Shown here in pieces: positions 26,382 to 33,139 of a stretch of 64,000 nt of DNA. The stretch is from assembly GCA_049684755.1 (NCBI GenBank), contig JBAVGI010000036.1, positions 1,571 to 65,570 on the forward strand. The letters are read 5' to 3'. Source of the DNA: Candidatus Sulfotelmatobacter sp. (lineage in GTDB: Bacteria > Acidobacteriota > Terriglobia > Terriglobales > Acidobacteriaceae). Below the pieces are notes generated by a model that was not told the DNA's origin, did not search any database, and saw only the letters and a list, made by a program, of their open reading frames with translations. The position numbers and the translations under genes were made by a program. The first letter of the stretch is position 1. Each line of letters starts with the position of its first letter.

Positions 26382-27492
26382 TGGGGGCGACCTCGTTTTT
26401 TTGCACGATTTCTTTAAGGGGAAGAGTAATCGTAAGTCTGGTGCCGGCATGGGTATCGTGATCGAGAGTGCCGCCGAGCATTTCGACGCGCTCCCGCATA
26501 CCGCGGAGTCCATTGCCTTCTCCCACGGGGCCGCCGCGGCCATCATCTACGATCTCCAACCGGAAGGAACCGTTCTGCTGCTCCAATCGCAAATGGCAAG
26601 TGCGGGCGTGGGCGTGCCGCACCACGTTGGTAACGGCTTCCCTGACGGCCAGTGACAGCACGCCCTCGTGCAACGCGGGAAGTTTCACCATCGTGGATGC
26701 ATCGCATTGCACCACGACGCCGGCAGTTTCCAGAGTGGACTTAGCTTGGGCCAGTTCCGCGACCAGGCCTTTGGAACGGTAACCACGGATCGTATCGCGA
26801 ACATCAGACAGTGCCTGTCGGGAGATTTGTTCGACCTCGCGAATCTCCTGTCCCGCGCGCTGTGGATCGCGATCAATCAGTTTTCCCGCCAACTCCGCTT
26901 TCAGCGTGATTACCGAGAGAGTATGTCCCAACACGTCGTGCAGGTCGCGGGCGATTCTTTCGCGCTCCGCGACCTTCGCCAGATGTTCAATCTCTTCGTT
27001 AGCCTTGCGCAGCTTGCGGTTCATGCGATTGCGCTCGGCGAAAAACAAGTTGCCGCCGCCCACGACAAGAGGAAAGATGGCGGAATAAAAGACTTCCCAT
27101 CCCGCCAGGTGCAATAGCCAGCCCTCGACGCCGGCGATAGCCACAATAGCCAGCATTCCCGCAATCGCTTTCGCCTGAGTCTCCACAGCGAACGGCAAAA
27201 ATGCGGCGGCGAAGATAAAAAAAGTTGAAGCACCGCCATTTATGGGGATATAAAGCATTCCCAACGCCACCATGCCAGCTATATGTAAAAGGCCTTGAGG
27301 ATTCCGCAGCAAGAACAGACCTGCATACAAAAGGAGGAATATGGCATAGCCCAGCAGGTCTAAGATCCACTGTTTACGAGTTGCATGGTCCAAGATGGGC
27401 TGAATAAAGAAGAAGCCGGAATAGGCGAGCCAGACAAAGGGAGCCCATCCGTGCTCGCGGTTTCTTGCAAATTTGTCGAAAAAACCAATCAT
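26353..27492 (-). CDS. HisKA_3-type (DesK/LiaS-like) membrane histidine kinase.
   Basis: 379-aa ORF with about 5 N-terminal TM segments. H-box ERERIARDLHDVLGHTLS, N-box EAVTNVVRHA, G-box DDGRGG...GNGLRGMRERV. Confidence 0.85.
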   Translation of the reverse strand: MIGFFDKFARNREHGWAPFVWLAYSGFFFIQPILDHATRKQWILDLLGYAIFLLLYAGLFLLRNPQGLLHIAGMVALGMLYIPINGGASTFFIFAAAFLPFAVETQAKAIAGMLAIVAIAGVEGWLLHLAGWEVFYSAIFPLVVGGGNLFFAERNRMNRKLRKANEEIEHLAKVAERERIARDLHDVLGHTLSVITLKAELAGKLIDRDPQRAGQEIREVEQISRQALSDVRDTIRGYRSKGLVAELAQAKSTLETAGVVVQCDASTMVKLPALHEGVLSLAVREAVTNVVRHAHARTCHLRLEQQNGSFRLEIVDDGRGGPVGEGNGLRGMRERVEMLGGTLDHDTHAGTRLTITLPLKEIVQKNEVAPIESCREGKS

Positions 27493-27564
27493 CGATTCAA
27501 CCGGCTGACTCCAAGAGCTATTGCCTGTACATCACGTCCAGTACTTCCATTGTCGCCCCGGCAG

Positions 27565-27729
27565 TCAATTCCGGTCACCATAGAGCAGTGGCCGAGCGAT
27601 GCCATACCAAATCAAGCAAGTGGCCGCAATCAGAACGACCAGCACTTTCGTCCCTGCGAAGAGTGCCACCAAGCCGAACACTATCAGAACTGCTGTCCAA
27701 CCGAGAGACTTCTTAGACTGCGCGGTCAT
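27565..27729 (-). CDS. Unannotated 54-aa two-TM membrane protein (below the ORF-track length cut-off).
   Basis: Hand translation: MTAQSKKSLGWTAVLIVFGLVALFAGTKVLVVLIAATCLIWYGIARPLLYGDRN*. A strong AAGGAG lies 6 nt upstream of the ATG. It sits between the permease and kinase genes on the same strand. Confidence 0.65.
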   Translation of the reverse strand: MTAQSKKSLGWTAVLIVFGLVALFAGTKVLVVLIAATCLIWYGIARPLLYGDRN

Positions 27730-27826
27730 GCTTTTCTCCTTAATGAATCGTGCTGCGCTGCCGTTTTTCCGAACCTGCTTTTTTCAAAGACTGGAGATCA
27801 GTTTCCTGCACTCGTTTTCTGTCCTT

Positions 27827-28642
27827 CTAGCCATAGAGCTTTCCCTGATCCCGCTGGAAGCCAATGCGCGCGACACCGAGGCAGATCAAGGTGAAGGCTA
27901 ATAGAACTTCCCAGTGCGTGGATGCTGGTTCGTGCCGTCCCGCGCCGACAACTCCCAGCGCGAGTTGCGACAAGTGATAAGGCGGTAGCGCCAAGGCAAT
28001 CTGACGCACCAGTTTGGGAAGAAACATATATGGCACCCACAAGCCGCTGCAGAACGAGAGTGGGAGATAGATCAGATTGATGGCGGCAGGCGCGGAGTTT
28101 GGACCGGCGAAATAACCGATGGCCAGTCCCATGGCGGAAAAGGGGAGTGATCCAACCACCAGCGTCCCGAGCAGCTTGGCCATTTCGGCAATCGGCAAAC
28201 GCACTCCGCCGAAGAGGATGCCTAGAAGCAGCAGCAGCGAAACGACAACTGCACTGAAGATCATGCTGAGAACGACCTTGGCGGCGAAGTAGGCGAACGG
28301 TGGCATGGGGCTGGCGCGCTTCACCTGTAGCCATCCCAGGCCGCGATCGGAGGCGAGGCCGGAAGCGGTTCCAAATAGCGACGCTCCCATCACTCCGAAG
28401 GTGCCGTAGGTTGCGATCAAATATGTAGGGACGCCCGTTCCGCCGATCATTTCCTTCGCATTCAAAACCAAACCGAAGAGTACGTAGAACATCAGTGGAA
28501 AAGTGATTACAGAAATCGTGTAGACGCGTAAGCGCAAATTCTTGAGGAACTCATACTTTGCTTCTTTCAGGTAAATAGCGGCACTGTGGCTTAGAGGGCG
28601 CTGGATGTGAGTGTTGCTGAGTGTCACTGCGGTAGTGCTCAT
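27827..28642 (-). CDS. ABC-2-type transporter permease.
   Basis: 271-aa ORF with about 6 TM segments and GAGGAG upstream of the start. It lies directly downstream of an ABC ATPase gene. Confidence 0.8.
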   Translation of the reverse strand: MSTTAVTLSNTHIQRPLSHSAAIYLKEAKYEFLKNLRLRVYTISVITFPLMFYVLFGLVLNAKEMIGGTGVPTYLIATYGTFGVMGASLFGTASGLASDRGLGWLQVKRASPMPPFAYFAAKVVLSMIFSAVVVSLLLLLGILFGGVRLPIAEMAKLLGTLVVGSLPFSAMGLAIGYFAGPNSAPAAINLIYLPLSFCSGLWVPYMFLPKLVRQIALALPPYHLSQLALGVVGAGRHEPASTHWEVLLAFTLICLGVARIGFQRDQGKLYG

Positions 28643-28686
28643 GGTCTCTCCTCGGGTTTCTCTGAACTTGTGCGCATGTAAGATCG

Positions 28687-29673
28687 CTAATCAATATTGG
28701 TTATTCCGTTTTCTTTGTCCCGAGTGAGGGACAAGAATGCTTCTTCCAACCCTGCGCTGCTGATCTCCAATCCAGAAAGCGACGGGTCGCGAGCGAGTAA
28801 TGTTCGTACGACCGATTCGGCTTCGCCGGTATGGATCTCGACGGCTTCGCGATCGAACTTGACATCGCTAACGCCAGGGACCTGCAGCAAAGCGGCCATG
28901 CTCAACGCGGTAACGCAACGAATGCGCTTACCGCTGGTTTGCGACTTGATTTTTGCCGGCGTACCTTCGGCGATGATCTCTCCCTGATGTATTACTGCAA
29001 TGCGGTCGGCGAGCGCGTCGGCCTCTTCCAGATAATGCGTGGTGAGCAGAACCGTTTTTCCGCGGCCGACCAGGCGGCGAATTTCTTCCCAAAGCGTGCG
29101 CCGGGCTTCCACATCAAGGCCGACAGTGGGCTCATCCAGAAACAGGAGATCGGGATTGCCGCAGATGGCCAAGGCGAACAGGGTGCGTTGCCGCTGGCCA
29201 CCGGAAAGATCGCCGAACCTGCGATTACTCAATTTCTGCAGACCAGCCGCCTCCAGCACCTCCTGTAGAGGAAGCGGCTGCGAGTAGTAGGTGGAAAATA
29301 GATCGATGTGCTCGCGCACTCGCAGGGTCTCCGGCACCTTGCCCACCTGCAGCATGGCTCCGGTGCGCATGCGATTTTCGGGATTCGTCGGATTTCCGCC
29401 GAAGACGTGGACCTGGCCGGTGTCAGGTGGAAGAAGGCCGAGCAACAGCTTTACAGCCGTCGTCTTGCCAGCTCCGTTCGGACCTAAGAGTGCGAGGACC
29501 TCGCCCGCGCGCACGCTGAAGTTCACATTCCGCAGGGCGCGAACTTTCCCGTAATTCTTGCTGACACCTTCCAGACTGGCGACAACGGCGTCCGGGTTTG
29601 TACGCTGCCCACTTTGTCTTTTTTCGAGAGTTGCAATCATGATGGCTATCCCCGCCGGCACAATGCTTGCCAA
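28687..29673 (-). CDS. ABC transporter ATP-binding protein.
   Basis: Walker A GPNGAGKTT, signature LSGGQRQR, Walker B LLFLDEPT. The start may instead be the ATG at 29640. Confidence 0.9.
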   Translation of the reverse strand: MASIVPAGIAIMIATLEKRQSGQRTNPDAVVASLEGVSKNYGKVRALRNVNFSVRAGEVLALLGPNGAGKTTAVKLLLGLLPPDTGQVHVFGGNPTNPENRMRTGAMLQVGKVPETLRVREHIDLFSTYYSQPLPLQEVLEAAGLQKLSNRRFGDLSGGQRQRTLFALAICGNPDLLFLDEPTVGLDVEARRTLWEEIRRLVGRGKTVLLTTHYLEEADALADRIAVIHQGEIIAEGTPAKIKSQTSGKRIRCVTALSMAALLQVPGVSDVKFDREAVEIHTGEAESVVRTLLARDPSLSGLEISSAGLEEAFLSLTRDKENGITNID

Positions 29674-29865
29674 GACCGCGTTCTGTCTTCTGTCCCGGTA
29701 GCTGCATCATCGTGGAGTTGCGGGGGAGGCACCAGTGGTGTTCATCACGGAATCAGCGTGACAAATGTCATGACTGAAACGAGAGTCTAGACGCTCAGGG
29801 ATGGGGGATTCTAGAACTGCTTCTGGAGGCCCACCATAGCGATTTTGCAATTTTCCGTAATCGTC

Positions 29866-29883
29866 GTTACGAAAAACGAACAA
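29866..29883 (+). promoter_or_regulatory. 18-nt box, copy 1: GTTACGAAAAACGAACAA.
   Basis: Read directly in the divergent ABC/XRE intergenic region. It is preceded by the inverted cgtaa of a CGTAA-tcgtcg-TTACG palindrome (29856-29871). Confidence 0.6.
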
Positions 29884-30010
29884 AGTCTCGCCATCTGAAC
29901 CTGAACTCGCCACAGAGAGAACGCCGATGTCCGAGTGTCAAGTGTCGAATTCGCTAGGCAGAACGCGGGGCAGAGCTTGTTCGGAAATCGTAACAAAATC
30001 CAGAACCTGA

Positions 30011-30028
30011 GATTTTATTCGTAAAATC
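30011..30028. promoter_or_regulatory. Perfect inverted repeat GATTTTA-ttcg-TAAAATC upstream of the XRE-family gene.
   Basis: Read directly, 74-91 nt upstream of the ATG at 30102. Extra half-sites occur at 29841 (gatttt) and 29995 (aaaatc). Confidence 0.5.
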
Positions 30029-30101
30029 ATGACACTGGAGTCGGCTCCCTGCTATGATTGCGGACACTTTAGTAACTCCCAGACTTCCATGGAGGCATCC
30101 T

Positions 30102-30908
30102 ATGCTCCCCGCCGGTAAGAGCCTTCGTACCCTTCGCGAGAAGCTCGGCTTGACCATGCGCGACATCGAAATGTCCAGCGCGCGCATGGCTGAAAAATAT
30201 CGCAATGAAGAGTTTTCTATTCCGCCGAGCCGATTGTCCGATATTGAAACCAAGGGTGTGTTGCCGAGTATTTTCCGTCTCTACACGCTGGCTGTGATCT
30301 ACCGCCGCGATTTGCGGGAATTACTGGCGTGGTACGGCGTGGACTTAAGCAATATGGCGGCGGATCTGAGCATGATTGCTCCCCCGCGATCGCACGTTTC
30401 CGAGGCACTCTCGGCGCTATCGTCGGTGCAAGTGCCCATCCGCATGGATCCTGCCTTTGACGAGCATCGCACCTCCAATTTAGGGCGCATGGTTGAACAG
30501 TGGGGTCTGGTGCCCCTGTCCTATCTGGCGCAATTTGCGCACAGCGATTTTACCTACGGCTACATCGGCAATGAGGATTTCACCATGTATCCCATTCTTC
30601 CACCGGGCAGCTTCATCCAGATCGATGAAGAGAAGAATAAGGTGGCGGAGGGAACCTGGCGTTCAGAATACGAACGCCCAATCTATTTTGTGGAAACGCG
30701 CGACGGGCACACATGCTGCTGGTGCAGCATGAAGAAAGATGACCTGATTCTGCAGCCCCATCCGCTCTCACCGGTGCAAGTGCGAGTCCTGCGCCATCCT
30801 CAGGAAGCGGAGATCATCGGACAGGTTGTCGGCGTGGCTATGAAGCTGACGGAGTGGCAGGCTTATGGCTCTTCTCCAACGCCGAAAGCGCAACCAGCAC
30901 TGAATTAA
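30102..30908 (+). CDS. XRE-family HTH regulator fused to an S24/LexA-like C-terminal domain.
   Basis: The HTH segment reads LRTLREKLGLTMRDIEMSSARMA. The C-terminal part EDFTMYPILPPGSFIQID ... CSMKKDDLILQPHPLSP aligns by eye with GxSMxPxxxxGDxxxVD ... KRL...L.P.NP of LexA/CI. I prefer the ATG at 30102, which follows GGAGG. Confidence 0.65.
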   Translation: MLPAGKSLRTLREKLGLTMRDIEMSSARMAEKYRNEEFSIPPSRLSDIETKGVLPSIFRLYTLAVIYRRDLRELLAWYGVDLSNMAADLSMIAPPRSHVSEALSALSSVQVPIRMDPAFDEHRTSNLGRMVEQWGLVPLSYLAQFAHSDFTYGYIGNEDFTMYPILPPGSFIQIDEEKNKVAEGTWRSEYERPIYFVETRDGHTCCWCSMKKDDLILQPHPLSPVQVRVLRHPQEAEIIGQVVGVAMKLTEWQAYGSSPTPKAQPALN

Positions 30909-31257
30909 GATGGCTCGCGGAGACTTTGTCCTGCGGTGAAGGAAGCAATTGAGTGAATTGCTGCTGCATGCCCTCAATGTAGCCGGTTGAGGTTTTGGAG
31001 CCGACCTGGCTCGATTCCTGCAGATCTTCCTCTAACTCCGAAATTGGCGTGCGCAGCACTTTGGATAACACTTCTGTGTGAGCGGCTTTCAAGGCGCGCT
31101 CTGAGGACTCGTCCCCGTAAATCAGCGACAGACCCCAATGCCTGTAACCACCCTCCTGGCGCCGCAAAGAGCCTAAATAAGACAATCTGGCAAGCAGCCC
31201 GGCGACGGCCGCCAGCGTAGTCTCTCGCAGATCCTGCAAAGCCGATTTCAGCGTCAT
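30838..31257 (-). CDS. Hypothetical protein, predicted helical.
   Basis: 139-aa ORF with AGGTGA 6 nt upstream of the ATG and non-repetitive composition. Its 3' end overlaps the convergent XRE gene by 71 nt. I recognise no motif. Confidence 0.5.
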   Translation of the reverse strand: MTLKSALQDLRETTLAAVAGLLARLSYLGSLRRQEGGYRHWGLSLIYGDESSERALKAAHTEVLSKVLRTPISELEEDLQESSQVGSKTSTGYIEGMQQQFTQLLPSPQDKVSASHLNSVLVALSALEKSHKPATPSAS

Positions 31258-31275
31258 TTCACGTCACCTGCGCGT

Positions 31276-31293
31276 GTTACGAATTCCGAACAA
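31276..31293 (+). promoter_or_regulatory. 18-nt box, copy 2: GTTACGAATTCCGAACAA.
   Basis: 15 of 18 positions identical to copy 1, in the same orientation. It lies 86 nt upstream of the GTG of the small peptide ORF. Confidence 0.6.
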
Positions 31294-31378
31294 CTCGCGG
31301 TCCACAGTGCTCTTTTCGGCGGAGGCCAAGCCATGAAAGTATCACGCTCGATTTTCAAATACAAGGAGAAACCCCATC

Positions 31379-31513
31379 GTGAAACGCACACTACTTATCG
31401 TCGCAGCAGCAGTTCTCTTCCTCAATACACTGGTAGTTCCAACCCTGGTCCACGCCGATGGCGGAACCGGCAATGGCGGTAACTGTTCGGGATCGCAGGC
31501 CTGCAAGCCGTAG
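31379..31513 (+). CDS. Unannotated 44-codon ORF: a signal peptide followed by an 18-aa Gly/Cys-containing mature peptide.
   Basis: Hand translation from the GTG: (M)KRTLLIVAAAVLFLNTLVVPTLVHA / DGGTGNGGNCSGSQACKP*. AAGGAG lies 10 nt upstream. The n-, h- and c-regions are classic, with V-H-A before the predicted cleavage site. Confidence 0.55.
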   Translation: MKRTLLIVAAAVLFLNTLVVPTLVHADGGTGNGGNCSGSQACKP

Positions 31514-31526
31514 TCCTCGATTGGGC

Positions 31527-31544
31527 GTTACAAAAAACGAACAG
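31527..31544 (+). promoter_or_regulatory. 18-nt box, copy 3: GTTACAAAAAACGAACAG.
   Basis: 16 of 18 positions identical to copy 1, in the same orientation. It lies between the peptide ORF stop and the 254-aa membrane protein start. Confidence 0.6.
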
Positions 31545-31600
31545 CCGCACAACTATATTGCCGTGGGGCGCTCGTCGCGCTACATTGACCAGTTACGGTC

Positions 31601-32365
31601 ATGTTGCAGCCCCATTCATTTTTGTGGCACTACTTGTGGATCGCGCCCTGTGTACTTCTCGCTCTTCTCGCTATCGAGATGCGGAGGCGGGGGTTACACA
31701 GGGAGTTCCCCGCCTTCTTCTGCTACATCATTATTGAAGCCGCAGGGGGAGTATTCACCTACGTCATAGACGTTAGTCCGTCGGTTTCGGCTACGGCCTA
31801 TTGGCGGAGTTCGTTTTCTTTTCTAGTAGTTGAAGCGTTCATAAAGTTCATTGTTATTGGCGAGGTTTTCACTCACCTCCTGCGTCGCTATGCTTCCTTG
31901 GGCAGGATGGGGAAAGTACTGATCAGCGGTGTTGGTATCGTTCTCGTATTTACCGCCACGATCATTGCCGCCTTTTCGAATCCGACGACGTTCTGGCTCA
32001 TTTCTGCAACCCGCGTTCTGGGCCGAAGCGTGAGCGTGGTTCAGTGTGGGCTTATTTTTTTTCTGTTCCTCTTTGCCGCTCACTTCCATTTGACGTGGGA
32101 GCGCTCTGTTTTCGGGATTATCTTCGGCTTCGGCATTTCTGCCTCGGTTTTTCTCGCCCATTGGGCTCTGATGGCAGGTTGGCTCTTCGGTCAGAAGAGC
32201 TACCTTCTGGATTTCCTTAACATGGCCACGTACCACGTCTGTGTCTTAATTTGGTGCTATTACCTCCTTGTCCCCCAGAAGAACACCACTATGTCTGCGG
32301 TTCTCGTGCCTGAGCATAATCTCGATATCTGGAACCGGGAATTGGAGCGTTTACTCCAACCATGA
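31601..32365 (+). CDS. Polytopic (about 7 TM) membrane protein of unknown function.
   Basis: 254-aa ORF with alternating hydrophobic stretches throughout. It looks visibly more T-rich than its neighbours. I recognise no catalytic or family motif. Confidence 0.7.
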   Translation: MLQPHSFLWHYLWIAPCVLLALLAIEMRRRGLHREFPAFFCYIIIEAAGGVFTYVIDVSPSVSATAYWRSSFSFLVVEAFIKFIVIGEVFTHLLRRYASLGRMGKVLISGVGIVLVFTATIIAAFSNPTTFWLISATRVLGRSVSVVQCGLIFFLFLFAAHFHLTWERSVFGIIFGFGISASVFLAHWALMAGWLFGQKSYLLDFLNMATYHVCVLIWCYYLLVPQKNTTMSAVLVPEHNLDIWNRELERLLQP

Positions 32366-32901
32366 ATCTGGCTATCATCCTCGTCGTCGCTGCCGCAGTT
32401 GTACTGGGTTTCATTCTGCGCCTGGCTGTGTCCCGAAGCCTGCAGGCCAAGCGAAGCCTCAGCTCGAAAACAACGATTCGTTCGCTCGATGTGGAGGCAT
32501 TCCGCAATCTGATCAACCCCGCTGAGGATCAGTATTTGAGGCGGCGATTGCCTGCCGCGCAGTTCCGTCAAGTGCGCCGCGCGCGATTACGGGCCATGGC
32601 CGCTTACGTCGAAGTCGCGGGAAACAACGCCGGTGTTTTGGTGAGCCTGGGTGAAGCTGCACTGGCCGGCGGCGATCCAAGAGTCGCCGAAGCGGCACGG
32701 CAACTGGTAGAGCATGCGCTTCTGCTGCGCCGTAATACCACCCTGGCCCTGGCTCGGATTTACGTGGCGTTGGCGTTGCCAAGCTCCAACTTCGCCGCCG
32801 TGCGCGTGGTGGAGCGGTATGAGCAAGTAAGCGGGTCGGCCATGTTGCTGGGTCGGTTGCAGAATCCCGCCGCCGCCGTGCGCCTTTCAGCGCGAATCTG
32901 A
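32362..32901 (+). CDS. Single-pass membrane protein with an Arg/Ala-rich helical domain; unknown function.
   Basis: 179-aa ORF with an N-terminal TM segment (LAIILVVAAAVVLGFIL). Its start overlaps the upstream stop (ATGA). Confidence 0.6.
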   Translation: MNLAIILVVAAAVVLGFILRLAVSRSLQAKRSLSSKTTIRSLDVEAFRNLINPAEDQYLRRRLPAAQFRQVRRARLRAMAAYVEVAGNNAGVLVSLGEAALAGGDPRVAEAARQLVEHALLLRRNTTLALARIYVALALPSSNFAAVRVVERYEQVSGSAMLLGRLQNPAAAVRLSARI

Positions 32902-32908
32902 CCGAACA

Positions 32909-32928
32909 TTTGTGATCTAGATCACAAA
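32909..32928. promoter_or_regulatory. Perfect 20-bp palindrome TTTGTGATCTAGATCACAAA; CRP-type binding site.
   Basis: Read directly. The 16-bp core TGTGATCTAGATCACA equals the idealised E. coli CRP consensus core TGTGA-N6-TCACA. Its centre is about 221 nt upstream of the TonB receptor ATG. Confidence 0.6.
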
Positions 32929-33139
32929 CCTCCGAGATTCACGCGACTGTAGCGGACTTCGCGAAACTGCCGGGGTTACTCGCGCACTACCTTCCGATAT
33001 TCATGCCTTGTTTTCGCTATCCCTTCTGGTGTAAAAACCAGCGGAACCTGTCCCTTCACAGAAATCTTGTCGCATTCAAGCAACTGCTTTTGGAGTTATA
33101 GGGCCGGCACGATAAAAATGCCGCAGGCAAGGAGACTCT

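Noticed and set aside
29707-29913. 68-aa GTG-initiated ORF just upstream of the ABC ATPase gene on the same strand.
   Set aside because: It would have to encode 18-nt box copy 1 as protein (LFVFRNDDY), whereas the other two box copies are clearly non-coding. A DNA-level element is the more economical explanation, but this cannot be fully excluded.
31333-31506. Alternative ATG-initiated 57-codon frame that overlaps the small peptide ORF.
   Set aside because: Its translation (MKVSRSIFKYKEKPHRETHTTYRRSSSS...) is Arg/Ser-rich with no hydrophobic core, and the AAGGAG would lie inside it. The GTG frame has a canonical signal peptide and a correctly placed SD.
33021-33062. GGTGTAAAAACCAGCGGAACC...CCC...CACAG upstream of the TonB receptor, faintly reminiscent of a cobalamin riboswitch core.
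   Set aside because: The conserved GCCACTG element and the B12 box (AGYCMGGAGACC-like) are absent. The receptor is the large carboxypeptidase-regulatory type, not BtuB-like.
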